Below the pieces are notes generated by a model. That model saw only the letters and a program-made list of their open reading frames with translations, ran no database searches and was not told the DNA's origin. From the NCBI RefSeq assembly GCF_963921235.1, contig NC_086097.1:218118001-218182000 (forward strand): DNA of 64,000 nt, given 5' to 3'. How positions within the stretch are numbered: the first letter of the stretch is position 1; the number at the start of each line of letters is the position of its first letter. This DNA is from Mobula hypostoma. Taxonomy: Eukaryota. Positions 13,965-29,185 of the stretch are shown here, one piece after another. A program made the translations under genes and the position numbers.

Positions 13965-15150
13965 ATATTATCCAATAAATACATTGTTTTACAAAAGCAT
14001 AATAATACAAGAACATTAAAGTACACAGAAAATAAGTACTGGTAGCTCCACTGAGCTCTTACCAGCAACAACAAGCAGTAACCTTGTCACAGGGTGCAAC
14101 TATCACGAGCCAGACAACTCCGATGCTGGACACAGTTACTTGATGTCTGTGTTTAACAAATCTGTTATGTTGCAGAATTTCTGACAGCATACCAGATTGC
14201 TCAGTGACAGAGAGTCAAACCCTTTCTTGCATGAGCGGCAGGACCTTAAGTACAAGATAAATTCTGCGATAATGGAGCTACCTTTGTTTAAAATAACTTT
14301 CATGCTGATTATCAAGTCGACTTTGGACAAAAGGGCAGCTCTTATAACTTTATTAACTCTATACTAATGATTTCATCGTTGCTCCCAAGTTTTCTTTTCA
14401 AGACCTCATTCATGCTGTACAGGTCCAAAGGAATCTAGTATCTCTCATTATGCCCAATCCACATTCTGAATCTAAGCAGATGGGTGGAAAGTACAAACAA
14501 TAAAATAAGTATTAAAATAGCCTTAAAATAAAAGTTTAAATTGATGGTTGAACAGCATTTGTGAGGACGAGTTAATATTCCACATTAATCAACTTCCATC
14601 ACAAACTTGTGGAGCCCTGAATAGTGGGCAGGGAAGAGATAATGGGAGAGATAATGTTGCACCAGAACGGTGAAGACTTCCAACATTCCCTTTGCTCTCT
14701 CTGTCCCTTCTCACTTCTGCAACTTAAAAAAAGCTTGTTATCTCACTCTTCCACTTTCAATGAAAGGTTATCAATTCATAACCTTTTCTCCCTCCACAGA
14801 CGTTGCCTGGTAGGCTGCCTGCTTTTTAGCATTTTTATGTTGACTTTCTTATAACCACACTGAGGGAAGAGATCCTAGTTACACAAGCCTGCAGTATTAA
14901 TATTTTAAACATCTGTACATTCAGAGATGGTTTAGTTATGAGAAGTTGAAATGAGGAGAAAGCTAATTTCAAAATAAAATTACACTGTTAATTACCCATA
15001 GTTTCTGTAACAGAAAACTCTAACATAAATTTGTAAGGTTTCATATTCTAGCAAAGAATCCTTTGTGCCCCTTATTAAACTCGGCAGAAAATCCATCACA
15101 TAAAACCAACATTAGATAGCAACTTCTAACTCTGTTTGCCTGTGACTTAC

Positions 15151-15307
15151 TTGATGATGTCTTAGATTTAGCAGCATCGTCACTGGCATTGGATCCAAGA
15201 CTAAACTGGCTCTGACGCCAGTCTACAGGATTCTTCTCTGTGCTGGTCACAGATAGCTGATCTTCACCCTTACTTAGGAAATCCACAGATTTTTGAGAAA
15301 CAGCATC
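15151..15307 (-). CDS. ARFGEF1: ARFGEF1 exon, variable linker (DAVSQKSVDFLSKGED...KSKTSS)
   Basis: ttttag|GAT acceptor, A|gtaagt donor, 157 nt; SQKSVD motif as recalled for BIG1. Confidence 0.87.
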
Positions 15308-16279
15308 CTAAAACAAAGGTAAACATAACTGTAGTCAATATTATATTAAAGCAGTATATCAAATAGCAATTTTGTATTTATAATTTATTTAAATTGCTAG
15401 ATTTATTTAATTTTATACTCAAGTCTCCACATAAATGTTGCTATACACCTATCAAAATGTATACTATTAATCTGGAAGATTTGATGATGGTCTTAATGAA
15501 AACTGACACTTTAGCATAAGTTATGCACTAATCAATTGTTGAATGCTCCATTTTAATATTATCTATTACATTCAATACATTAGGTGCACATTTCAAAGAA
15601 GTCAATATACTTGAACATGTACATATAATACCTTATTCCAAGGGCTTAACACTTTAAAATTTACAGTATTTCAGAACAATAGGAAAGTATCCACTGAATT
15701 ATGTCAGAGAACTTCAGCTGAAAACCTCAGCTAATCTGAAGTATGGTTTGGGACTGAACTAAAAGTTATCTTTGGATTGTACAGCCTCAACATCAACAAT
15801 GAACCCAATTTACTAGAATGTCATACTCTCAAGCCAACAAAAGACACGTGTCCCCTCAGTTCCTTGATCATTACAATTTGTTTTATAATTGTTTGTTGAA
15901 AGGCCAGGACAAGTGTCAAATGTTAACACTAAAAAGAAAAAAATAACTTCTGTAGACAAATTTGCCAAGAACAATCATGGTACAGATGGACCATGATCAC
16001 CCATGTCATATGACGTGGCACATAGTGATGATGATAATTATACACATAAATGAAAAAACAGGACTAAAAGAAAAGGATACATGAGGAATAGATGGAAAAA
16101 CAATTATAAATCAGATGATCACTGGTATTATTCTCTTATTTAAAAGGATCTTTGAGACTGATCATGGTGAGTGAATTACTACAATACATATGCAAATTTA
16201 AGTTTTACAGGAGTATTTCTAAGGAAACAAGTAAATAATTGTTCAAAAGTTTTCAATTTTGGGGGGTCTGCAGAAGAGT

Positions 16280-16720
16280 GCCACACCTGCCCATTCGGGG
16301 CCTCAAAGAGTCCTTCCAGGTGAGGCAACGCTTCTGCGAATCTGCTGGGGTTGTTTACTGTATCTGGTGCTCCCAATGCAACCTCCGCTACATTGGTGTA
16401 GATTAGGGGACCATTTTCACTCCATCCGCCAAAAGCAATATTTCCTGGGTGACCAATCGTTTTAATTTTAATCCCCATTTCCATTCTGACATCTCAGTCC
16501 ATGGCCTCCTCTACTACCACAATGAGGCCACTCTTCTCTCCTATCAGATTCCTTCTAGTTTCCAACTTCTTACTTCATTCCCCTCCCCTCATCCAGCCAT
16601 CTGGCTTCACCTATCACCTTCTTGTACTCATTCCCCATCTCCCTTTCCAGTTCTGATTAAGGGTCATGGCCCAAAATGTCGACTGTTTATTCTTTTCCAT
16701 AGATGTTTCCTGACCAGTGT
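16280..16720 (+). mobile_element. Penelope-like element 3' fragment (GIY-YIG relic, decayed hammerhead)
   Basis: Similar to 63520-63880; ctgattaagggtcatggcccaaaatgtcgactg at ~16653. Confidence 0.75.
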
Positions 16721-17260
16721 TGCTTTAAAATTATCTTGTTTTCAAAAGTGAAGTATTGTTTAACCAGGAGGAATTTAGATCAAAAAAATGGGGTGGTAGC
16801 TACTGGGAGATAGATAATTAAGATAGGAATGACCTCAAGTTTATGAAGAATGGAACATGGAAAAACTGGCAAGTCATATTTTGGCCCTTATTGGAAAGGT
16901 AACATGAAATCGCCAAGCACACCCCAAGTCAATTGGATGCCAGTGAAGAGGAAGTAGAGGAGTGCCTTTTTTAAAAACATTCAATATGGTTGTGAGGAAA
17001 AGGAAGGTAACTACAATCTTCACAGAAGTTAGTTATTTTTGTCAGGTTAACATTGCCATATCTGAAAGATTTGGGAGCAGTAACTGAGGAGAAAGAATTA
17101 CATATAATACATTAAATATAAAACTAAACTGCTTAACCTAACTGCCTCAAACTACAAACTGACTTTTTAAGACAACTCTGATATCCATGATTCTGTTCAA
17201 CAGTAAATTCTCATAAAAATTGAAGCCATTTGTTAATTCAGGAAATAATGTAATTCATAC

Positions 17261-17333
17261 CATTTGCTTTTCGCCAGCATCATTTTGCATTGGTGAGTCA
17301 CCTTCAGACTGTGAGGGTCGCCATGTTAATAAA
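17261..17333 (-). CDS. ARFGEF1: ARFGEF1 exon (LLTWRPSQSEGDSPMQNDAGEKQM)
   Basis: ttttag|T acceptor, ATG|gtatga donor, 73 nt; conserved LLTWRP motif, phases fit both neighbours. Confidence 0.88.
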
Positions 17334-18359
17334 CTAAAATATATAAATTACAGCAACATTAATTCAGTTAATGAAGAATTAGTTCTGAAAAATGCTATTT
17401 TAAATACAGATTGAATAAAATAACTCAGTTATTGACGACAGAATGGAAATTTTAGCCTTCCAATTTAAATTAGTAGCAAATAATCTAAAATAAAAATTCA
17501 AATGCAGATTAAACTTCAGTCTGAAAGATGAAATATGTCAGGCTTCTCAATCAAATCATGACACTATTTTTAGCCCCAGATTCAGTAAAAGTCATTTAGT
17601 GTTAGTGCCTGTAGACATTATAATTCCTGTCAATTACCATCCTTCAATAAGTTGAAAAGTTTATTTGATATGCCCCCATGTATCTGCAAATACAATGAAA
17701 CCAATCAAAATTGAGACATTCTATCTGAAGAGTACTCTTGAATGACCTATGATAAATTCTAAAATTAGCAACTCCAAAAATAGTCATGAATAAATTAACT
17801 GTGTTAATGAATTGTTAAAAGCAAGATTTGCAGTTGACCAGCCTCTCCCCCTGCAACATACATGATCCTACTGTATGTCCAAGGAAGTACAATTATCTAT
17901 TTCAACTAAACCCAGAATTGGCAGCTGACAAGTTTTAAAAAAAACTAAGTGGCCACTTTCTTGCACAGTAACACCCAGTCGATGCTCAGTGGGTTTTGGC
18001 TGCAATGCCACCCAGATCAACTCAGCAAATATCAACATGACCCAACGTGAACTTAATGAATTTGATTGCTTCATACTTTGTGATTCTACTCCTATGACTG
18101 ATCTCGCTTGCATTATTTCATCTGCATAATTGGATTAAGTCATTTTCAAATGTTGAAAATGTTAATAAAATGATAATATTGACTATAGGACATTTCTAAC
18201 TAACAATTAACAACTAGCCACATTGAAAACACAAACTGTCAACCTCAATGAACAAAATTTTTGCCACGTTCCAACAAAGCAATCTGTTTCCTACACACAA
18301 CAAACTTTTTAAACCTATGTCCATTACACTAGTCTACTGGCATGCCTTGAAATAACTCA

Positions 18360-20050
18360 ATCAAACAAGTATCTGGAGGCTGTAACTGCTCTCACAATGC
18401 CACCTTCATCCCATCGTTGTTTCTGATATGTCTTCCCTTTTCCTCAGCTGTGGGTTTCCTTCCATAAAAGTTGACAGGGCCCTTAACACTGGCTATTCTA
18501 CTTCTGCTCTCACCCACCTTTCCCTCCTACTCAGAACAAGCACAAGGCCCTTTGCTGCTTTATTCTTCCATCCGCATGAATATTTACACTATTTCCCATG
18601 TACCTCCCTCTGCAGTTACAGGAGATACCGTATTTGTCCTTTTATCTTCTTCCTTCTCATTGCTCATTGACCCAATTGTATTCTCCATGCTGCATATGAT
18701 ATGCAAGGTATGCTCTTTCTACACTGGGGAAAACAAATGCAGAGAAAGGGACTTTTTCTTGTTTGTGACAGTTTTCTAGCATCTGCAAACTTTCTCTTGT
18801 TTGTGACAGCTATCCGGACTATACCTCGTCCCTCCCTGCTACTTGTAAAACACCATCCCCTTCTCTCAATTACTCAGTCTCTGCCGCATCTGCTCTCAGG
18901 ATGAGGCTTTTCATTCTAGAACGAAGGAGATGTCCTCCTTTTTCAAAGAAAGTGGCCTCCCTTCCTCCACCATCAATGCTGCCCACAACCGCATCGCTTC
19001 CGTTTCAGGCATGTCTGCTCTTACCCCATCCTTCCGCCATGCTCCCAGGGATAAGGTTCCTTTTGTCCTCACCTACCACTCCACCAGCCTCCCTGTCCAG
19101 CGCATAATTCTCCGAAACTTCCGCCACCTCCAACTGGATCCCACCACCAAAAACATCTTTCCTTTCCCTCCACTTTCTGCTTTCTGCAGGGATTGCTCCC
19201 TACGTGACTTCCTTGTCCATTCGTCCCTCCCCACAGATCTCCCACCTGGCACTTATCCTTGAAAGTAGAACAAGTGCTTCACCTGCCCCTAAACCTCCTC
19301 CCTTATTATCATTCAGGGCCCCAAACAGTCCCTCCAGGAGAGGTGACACTTCACCTGTGAATCTGTTGAGGTCATATACTGTGTTCAGTCCTTCCAGTGT
19401 GGCCTCTTGTATAATCGGTGAGACCCAACATAGATTGGGAGACTGCTTCGCCGAGCATCAACGCTCCGTCCACCAGAACAAGTGGGATCTCCTAATGGCC
19501 AGCCATTTTAATTCCACTTCCCATTCTGATATGTCCATCCATGGCCTCCTCCACTGCTGGGATAAGGCCACACTTAGATTGGAGGAACAACACCTTATAT
19601 TCCGTTTGGGTAACCTCCAACCTGATGGCATGAACAACTATCTTTCTAACTTCCAGTTATGCCTCCAGTCTCACCCCCTTCATGATTTCCCATCCTCTTG
19701 TCCCTCTCTCCTGTTATCTCCTTGCCCGCCCATCACCTCCCTCTGGTGCTCCTCCACCCCCCCTCTTCTTTCTTTTATGGCTTGCTGTCTCTTCCACCAA
19801 TCAACTTCCTAGCTCTTTGCTTCAGCCCTCCTCCCTCTAAGTTTCACCTATCACCTTGTGTTTCTCTCTTCCCTCCCCCTCCCACCTTTCAAATCTACTC
19901 CTCAGTACTTTTTCTCCAGCTCTGCCCAAGGGTTTCTACCCGAAACATCGATGGTACTTTTTTCCATAGATGCTGCCTACCCTGCTGAGTTCCTCCAGCA
20001 TTTTGTGTGTGTTGCTCGGATTTCCAGATCTGCAGACTTCCTCATTTGTG
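18360..20050 (+). mobile_element. Two tandem Penelope-like fragments (older 18360-18805; younger 18810-20050 with RT-thumb, linker, GIY-YIG, 3' end)
   Basis: Relic peptides RICSQDEAFHSR, MSSFFKESGLPSSTIN, IGETQHRLGDCFAEH, LEEQHLIFRLGNLQPDGMN; ends with the family terminus gtgtgttgc plus tail. Confidence 0.85.
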
Positions 20051-21120
20051 CAGAGAAGGGAATTACTTTGTAGAACACCTTGATTCCGTTCATAGGAGTG
20101 ACTCTGAATTTCCGGTTTCCTGTTACTTACTGTCTTCAGCCTCCAATACTGTCCAATGAAGCCCAATGCAAAACTGAGAAACTATACTTCATCTTGCTAC
20201 CAGGTATATTACAATTTAATTTTCAACTGAACATCAGCATCTATTTCAGATTTCCGACATTCAATCGTTGCCCTTTTCTTCTGGTTATTTACGTGTATTT
20301 TCACTTTTCCTTGACATATTAATCTCTAACATTTGCTTTACACCATTTCTATCACCACTATTGCCATTCACTCTTGCCTTTGCACCCTATCTTTAAATAT
20401 CTGATGTCTTATTTTAAACATAAACACACTGTTGTTCTACAGACTCCAACAAAAGGTCATATTCTTTAATATCCACCCTTTCAGCTCCTCTTTTAGGATC
20501 TTACTAATTGCAACCTTTACTCTTTCAAACCTCAACAGGTACAAACTTAGTCTGCCCAATCCATCCTCAGAAGGCAACCTGCCCATTTAGGTATTGGATT
20601 ATTCCTAACTGCTTCTGATGCATTTACCTCCTCTTTTAAACGAGGAGACCAAAATTACACAATACTCCAAGATATGGTTTCATTAATACTCTACATACTT
20701 TCCTACATCTGTATTCAATTCTCTTAAAATAAGTAATAATATTCTATTAACTTTCCTAATTACTTGCTTTACCTGCATAATCTGCCATTATCCCATCAAG
20801 GATAACAGCTACTTCAATAACGGACATTAGTGCCCAGGGAGACTCTGCTAACAAGTATATGCATTAACGAAAGGGGAATAAAACAAATATATACACAAAA
20901 TAAAGCAAAATCTGCAAAATCAAACATTTGACAGTACAAGGACCACATCAGTACATTTTCTTTAACAAATATAATGCTGGAAGTTTATAATGTACTGGAA
21001 TGATTGAATGGTGGAAATAGGTTATTTTTTAGTTTAACAAAAAAAAAGATAATGAAAATCCCATTACAAAAATAGTATTAGGAAAGTTACAAGCACGTCT
21101 TCCATTAAAGAGGTTTCTTA

Positions 21121-21306
<186 letters not shown>

Positions 21307-22516
21307 TTAAATTATTTTTGTTTGGCTGTATTTGCACCACACCATGAAGGGAGTTTTACTTTCTCTCACAGAAAGCACAGCACAACTTGCCAAGAAGTTC
21401 AATTTTGTTTCAATTTGGAGTGGGATCGGGCACTTGCTCTATATTTACAGTATTGCTTTTACACTACAAGTGTAATGTTCAAATATTAATGTATAGCTTT
21501 TACAAACAACGAGTGCCCTAGAAAGGACAAAGACATAACAACAATGTCAAGCTTTGACTAGACTGAAAGAACTGGAAGACTAACAGTCGTTCAGTCTTTG
21601 CACTTCATTTTCAGAAAGGAGAGCTTTTGTGGTGATCTTAATTGTCAGAACACAAATCAAGTTTGCAGCCGCGTGGTCAATTTACTTTCCACTTAAATCT
21701 GTTGCACATCTGTATCTGCATGCAAGTGCAATTTATCTTGGAGACCAGGAGATAAAGCAAATGAAAGTTAAGTTGCACAGGACTCTTTGTAGCAAACTGA
21801 CATTCACTATTTGGATTTGATACCACATGCTATATAATCAAGGCTGATTTAAAAGATGATTGAATAGCTCATAACACTTAATTTTATGACAACACATATG
21901 CTATAGTGAATATCTGCATCATATAAAAAAATAGCTGTTAGTGAAATGATGCTAGATAGCAAGTTCATGCTAAACTTATAGCAAGTTATCTTTCTCGGAA
22001 ACCCCATCTTTGTGTCAGAGCTGTCCAGCACAGGAACAGGCCACTCAGTCAAATTCATCCATGTTAATCACAAAGCCCACCAAGCAACGTATGGCCCATA
22101 TACCTTTAAATCCCCCTTATCCATGTACTTATTTGAATGTTGTTACTGTACCTGCCTCAATCAGGGAGAGGCCTCTGCAATTTCTTCCCTAGCTTCACAC
22201 CTCTAGCATCTGTATCTTGGAACATTAAGCTGCCGGCCCTGCCCCTCTCTCAGCCATGCTCTTGTGGAACATGACAGCATGTCTGTAGTTGCAATTTTGG
22301 CCATGTAGTTGCAATACAATATATTAAACATAAATGTACAACCCATTTCCTTTATTACTCCATTCTGAAATTGATAAAATACCCATGTATAATTACAGTA
22401 AACCAAATTGATAGCTTTCTTACAAAATATGCATAATGAAATTTCAAAATCTTGAAGTTACATATATTGCATATCAAAGTTTATTTTTTTTAAATAAGAC
22501 AGCAGCTACTGACCTA

Positions 22517-22729
<213 letters not shown>

Positions 22730-23140
22730 TTAAGAAGTCTCGCCACCACACATCTAATACCATGGTCATACAATGGGGAATATGACAATTCCAGCTTATT
22801 ATAAATCATGGGCTACTGTATGCAAAAGACAGTGAATACCTCGATGATTTCCTAGCCAATTAAACAAAAAATTTAAACTTTGTTTTGAGAAGCTATAGCA
22901 AATATATGCAAATGTGTTCCATCGCACATCAAACAGAAATTCTATTAGGAAAAAGGGCTGGGAGAGACCAGAGGCTGTTGCATCATCAAGTGAAGGGTAA
23001 TATCCCGATGTCACTGGAATAGCCTAAAAGAACAGCAAATTATGCTAACTTGACAAAGTAAACCAAGACCAAAAATTGTTAGTACAGGGAAAAAGCCAGG
23101 CATTCTAGAGGATTGTTATCAAGGTGTTAATGGTTTAAGG

Positions 23141-24212
23141 CAGGGGGCCCCAACCCTTCTCGCACCGCAGACTGGTTTAATATTGACAACATTCTTGTGG
23201 ACCGGCCGATGTTGGGGGGGGTTCAAGTAGGGTTGCCAACTTTCTCACTCCCAAAATGGGACAAAAGTAACAGTCAAATTACGGGACACTTGTGTTTACC
23301 CCGAGAAAGACTACTATGACCATGAAGCCTTGCGCGGGCACCTGTGTGCGCATGCGTGTACGTGCCGATTTTTTCCTAATAATCGGTTTTGGCGTTATCT
23401 TCCCGATTCTGTTAAGTGAAACTACACTGTACATACATTATTTCTGCTTTATATAGGCTGCGTATTTATCATATCATTCCTGCTTTTACTATATGGTTTT
23501 ATGTGTTATTTGATATGATTGGGTAGGTTATTTTTAGGGTCTGGGAACACTCAAAGATTTTCCCAATATAAATTAATGGTAATTGCTTCTTTGCTTTACG
23601 CTATTTTGGCTTACGAACTGTTTCATAGGAATGCTCTACCTTAGCGGGGGACAAACTAACTTAGCCCAAAATACAGGATGTCCCGGCTAATACGGGACAG
23701 TTGGCAACCCTATTTGCAATCTTAACCCACCACGGGCAATAGAAAAGTCACTGTTGGAAACAGTGCAGCAAGCAACACTGTCATTATTTTTGACCCCTAT
23801 CAGGCAGGGGCACACTTTAATGTAGTCTGGGGTGACGTACGTTTTATATTTTCTTTTTTTGGAACACACTACCATGGCGTGCACGCACTCTCTCTCTCTC
23901 TTTCTCGCTCTTGCAAAAATGGATTTCTGTGATATTGTATATAATTTGCGGGCATCAGGGAGCCACTATCAATATGCGGGAGACTCCCGGAACTTCCGGG
24001 AGAAGTGGGATGTCTGCAAACCAATTTAGCTCAATATACGGGATGTCCCGGCTAATACGGGACAGTTGGCAACCCTATGTTCAAGTTCAACAGTGCGTGA
24101 CAGGGAATGAGGAAAAGTGCAGCTGACTCATATCATTTCATATCACCAAATCGTATCATTTCCTTGCGGCCCGGTAGCACATGCTTTGCGGCCTGATGGT
24201 TGGGGACCACTG
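23141..24212. mobile_element. hAT (Charlie-like) non-autonomous element with a nested second hAT
   Basis: TIRs cagggggccccaacc / ggttggggaccactg; perfect 8-bp TSD gtttaagg (23133-23140, 24213-24220). Confidence 0.88.
23228..24077. mobile_element. Nested hAT element with TAGGGTTGCCAAC TIRs
   Basis: tagggttgccaac...gttggcaacccta; flanks ggttcaag/tgttcaag (7/8 TSD); extra right end at 23672-23712. Confidence 0.85.
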
Positions 24213-24721
24213 GTTTAAGGGAGCTTAATTTTTAAGCATTTAATCATCCCCAAATATGAAAGATAAATATCCAGGTGGTACTTCACTGAGAAATAAAAGA
24301 GCTAAAGACTCTTAGTGAAAATACACAAGTATTTAATGTACCACAAATGAGATTTCAGATTTTTCACAAAGTATTATGAGCTGAAAAAGAAAACATACTT
24401 CGTTCTACAAGGTCACAGAAAAGCCATAACTAAAAGAGTTGCACTTAAATATGAATATCATATTATAGGAATTAAGTTATAGCCATGGAAACAGTACAGC
24501 AAAGTTTCATTTCAGTCTAACCATCTCTGACAAGATAAAGCAAAAAAGCAAACACCAAATAATCTTGGGAAAATTAATAATAGATTATTTTCTTCCTTGG
24601 CTGAATACGACCAACAAAAATGCTAAAATTAACCAATGAAATGTGCTAAGTGGCTTCATATTGTGCTGTAAACAGTGATTCATACTTATGAATAAAAATG
24701 ATTGCACTTTAAAAGTAACTA

Positions 24722-24865
<144 letters not shown>

Positions 24866-25496
24866 TCAGGATTAAAACAAAGGGTTAAATGATGATCATG
24901 TGCATTACTAAATGACATAGTTACTTGCATATTGTACAATTTAATTAGAATGACTACTTTGTTGAGATAATGGTGGAGGAACTGAATATTCAGAGAAAGG
25001 TGACTAAGGGATCAATCAAGCAGGCTGCTTTATACTGGACAATGTTGAGCACCTCAAGTGCTGCTGGAGTTTCATATATCCAGGCAATTTCATAATGGAG
25101 TATTTTCATAATGCTGTGGACTTATGCCTTACAAATGGTGAAAAGGCTTTTGAGCTTCCAATCAGAAATAACTCCAGAGGCGGTTAATGGTTAAGAAACT
25201 CAAAGATGGTAGTGTCACAAAATGACAAAGAGAGATTAGGCTCTATTGCACTAGAGATAGCCTTTAGCTAGCACTTATATGGCATAAATATAACAGTATA
25301 TGGAGAATGCCTATCTGCTAATATTTACCTAATCTAAACTAAATGTGTTTATTATAAAAATCTGACTTACTTGAACACAATGACATGTAAATGTGAAGCC
25401 ATATTATTTATTGACAAATCTTGTCCATCACAAGATTTATATCATAAAGCAATACTAAAATAACTTCAGGTGCTATAAATACAAAAGGGACCTTTA

Positions 25497-26072
25497 CACT
25501 CAGTAGCCACTTAAATAGATTCTTCCTCTATCTAATAAAGTGGCCAGTGAGTGCCTCTTCGTGGTCTTCTGTTGCTGTAGCTCATCTACTTCAAGATTCA
25601 ACAGATGTTCTTCAAAGATGTTCAAAGATTCAAAGATGTTCTTCTGCACACCACTGTTGTAACACATGCTTAATTGAGTTACTGTTGCCTTCTTGTCAGC
25701 TTGAGCCTGTCTGGCAGTTCTCCTCTGACCTCCCTCATTAACAAGGCATTCTTGCCCACAGAACTACTGCTCACTGGATACTTCTTGTTTTTCCACACCG
25801 TTGTCTGTAAACTCTTGCGACTGTTGTACATGAAAATTCAAGATCAGCAATTTCTGAGTTATTCAATCATCCTGCCTGGCAGAACAATCATTCCACGTCA
25901 AGGTCATTCTGATCACATTTCTTTACCATTCTGATGTTCTGATTATTGTCTGAACAACAATTGAACCTCCTGACCACGTCTGCATGTTTTTACGCACCAA
26001 GTTGCTGGCTGATTAGATATTTGCACTAATGAGGCGGTGTACATGTGTACTTAATAAAGTGGCCACTGAGTG
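25497..26072. mobile_element. Tc1/mariner-type MITE
   Basis: TIRs cactcagtagccactt / aagtggccactgagtg; TA on the left, CA (decayed) on the right. Confidence 0.75.
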
Positions 26073-26527
26073 CATAATAATGCCAGTGGTGAAAACAGTT
26101 TTGAAAGCCCACTTACTTAAAACAATTCTGAATGGATACTTGTCATCGAAAATTGGGTAGGCTACACAAAATTGACAACAGGAGCATATAAACCATTTAT
26201 TCCAATATCAAAGCATCTTCTCCCATGACAGCTGCAGTCAGGTAAAGTTTTTGTAAATTTCATCTTTTATTGCTTGCTTTCCAACTTGAAAAAATATTCT
26301 GGTAACAATATCCAAGGACATAGAAAAATAATTCTGACAGGTCATCAAGACTTTGCTGATTGTATTTATGTCTTTTGAAATAAAACACAGTTTTTAGTAC
26401 AAATCAGTAGAGTAGATAATTCTACATCAAATGAAGAATTAAAACTTAGTTAATACTTCGAATAGCTTAAGCTTATAGCCTACTATAACTGTAAACCAAA
26501 TATAGTAACACAAGCTTATGAAATATA

Positions 26528-28272
26528 CAGTTGCAAGAAAAAGTTTGTGAACCCCCTGAAATTGTATAGTTTTCTGCATTAATTACTCGTAAAATGTAGT
26601 CTGATCTTCATTTAAGTCACAATAATAGACAAGCACAATCTGCCTAAACCATTAACACCCAAAGAATTGTACTTTTCATGTCTTTATTGAACACATTGTT
26701 TAATCATTCACAGTCCAGGCTGGAAAAGTATTTAATAACTGGTACAATCTCATTTAGCAACAATGACTCCACCAAACATTTCCTATAGCTATTGATCAGA
26801 CTTGCACAATGAAGATGAGGAATTTTACACTATTCCTCCATAAAGTTTCGTTTCATCAATATTTTTGGGATACCTTACATTAACAGCCCCCTTCAGGTCA
26901 TGCCACAGCATCTCAATTGGGTTAAATTCTGGTCTCTGATTTGGCCATTTCAAAACATACGCTTTCTTGCAGACCAGTTTGTGCGGACTCAAAGCTATGC
27001 GTCAAACATGGCTCTAAGCAGTACTGGGGCCCCACAGGGGACTGTATTGTCTCCCTTCCTGTTCACCCTGTATACCTTGGATTTCAGATACAACACTGAG
27101 TCATATCATCTGCAGAAATTCTCTGATTAATCAGCAATAGCTGGGTGTATATAGGGAATGGGAGGATGAATATGGGGCACTGGTGGAGGACTTTGTCAAA
27201 TGGTGCAAGCTGAATCATGTGCAGCTCAACATCATTAAGACAATGGAGATGGCGATGGACTTTAGGGGGATTAAGCCTGCACTGTTCCCTGATACTACAG
27301 ATGGTGAGGACATGGATGTGGTGACAACCTACAAGTACCTGAGGGTGAGTGGAGCACCAACACATAGGCCATGTACAAGGGCGAGAATCGCCTCTACTCC
27401 CTGAGGAGACTGGGGTCGTTTGGAGTATGCAGGCCCCTCCTTCACATGTTCTACCAGTCTGTTGTCACCAGTACAATCTTCTATGTGGTGGTGTGCTGGG
27501 GCAATGGCATCAATACAGGTGATGCCAACAGGCTCAATAAACTGCTGAGAAAGGCTGGCTCTGTTACAGGAGTAACACTGGGGCTGTAGTAGAACAAAGG
27601 ACCCTACAGAAAATCCTGGCAATTCTGGACGATGTTTCTCACCCTCTGCATGCCACCTTGGCTGAACAGAGAACCGCATTTAGTTACAGACCAAGACAAC
27701 TACGCTGCCCCAGAGCACTTTAAGAAGCCATTCTTACCCTCAGTCATGTCAACCTATAGCTGAGAAAGTGATGACCCTTCCTCCCACCCCGTTAGACTGC
27801 TTGAGGTAACTTATTTTTATTCTTTCTTACTTCTCTTCTAATAATTGTTTATCTGTGCACTTGTAATGCTACTGTGACACTGTAATTTGATCTGTTTTTA
27901 CTTTGACACGAAAGAGACTTTTTTTGTTTATCAGTGCCAAAAAAAGCCAAATTAAATCCACTGTGATTCAATATTGTAAAACAATAAAACATGAAAACTT
28001 ATAAGAGGGAGAATACTTTTTATAGGCACTGTAGCTTTCGTGGAAGGCATTACCCCAAGAGGTTCACATAGTTTTTAGAACCTAGACGGCGTTTGTTTAA
28101 ATGGTGTACTCAGTATTGATGAGAAGAGTACAATTGTTTGGGTGTATTCGTTTAGGCAGATTGTGTTCGTATATTATTGTGACTTCGATGAAGATCAGAC
28201 CACATTTTGTAAGTAATTAATGCAGAAAACCAGGTTAACTGCAAAGAGTTCACAAACTTATTTTTGTAACTG
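26528..28272. mobile_element. Tc1-like element with long TIRs, containing a nested Rex1-like LINE fragment (~26965-27890)
   Basis: TA|cagttgcaagaaaaagtttgtgaacc ... gttcacaaacttatttttgtaactg|TA; inverted similarity extends >150 bp; inner STGAPQGTVLSPFLFTLYT...LQKFSD RT motif. Confidence 0.85.
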
Positions 28273-28466
28273 TATGTGGTTAAGAAGTCATGAAGCAGCA
28301 AACAGAAAAAAATAGAAAATAATGATGTTTTTTGGTGTTTCTAAAGTAAATCTATTGCCAACATGTAAACTTATAAAGTGCCTAGTGATCCTTCAAATAG
28401 TAAGGAATGTAGGAAAACTACTCCTGTCTGAAATACAATTTTAATTACAGAGAAATAGAATTCTTA

Positions 28467-28625
<159 letters not shown>

Positions 28626-28954
28626 TTAAATTTATTCTGGAAATAGTGATCCTGAAGCTGCAGAATACATTTTTTTCCCATCCTTTCCACGACAGTAGTC
28701 ACATCTTTCCTTGTTTGAGAACATCTAAGAACAGGAACAAGCCAATTGTGGTGACTGTTCACCTTGTTCAATATCATACATTTATCTAAAAGTCACACAT
28801 TCCATTTCAGAGTCCCAAGGAAGATTAGAAAAATAGAGGGCTATGGGTAACCCTCTATGTGTTCGGCACTGCATTGTGGGCCGAAGGACCTGTATTGTGC
28901 TGTAGGTTTTCTATGTTTCTATTACTTTAAAATCTACAATAATATGGAGCATTA

Positions 28955-29185
<231 letters not shown>

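Noticed and set aside
14063..14125. Possible 63-nt cassette or poison exon on the minus strand (ccag|...|gtaaga)
   Set aside because: Weak polypyrimidine tract, in-frame TGA, no recognisable homology; needs RNA-seq or conservation evidence.
17870..18130. Unexplained non-repetitive intronic stretches (also ~59900-60200) as snoRNA or conserved elements
   Set aside because: I could see no C/D or H/ACA boxes with a terminal stem; conservation cannot be judged without alignments.
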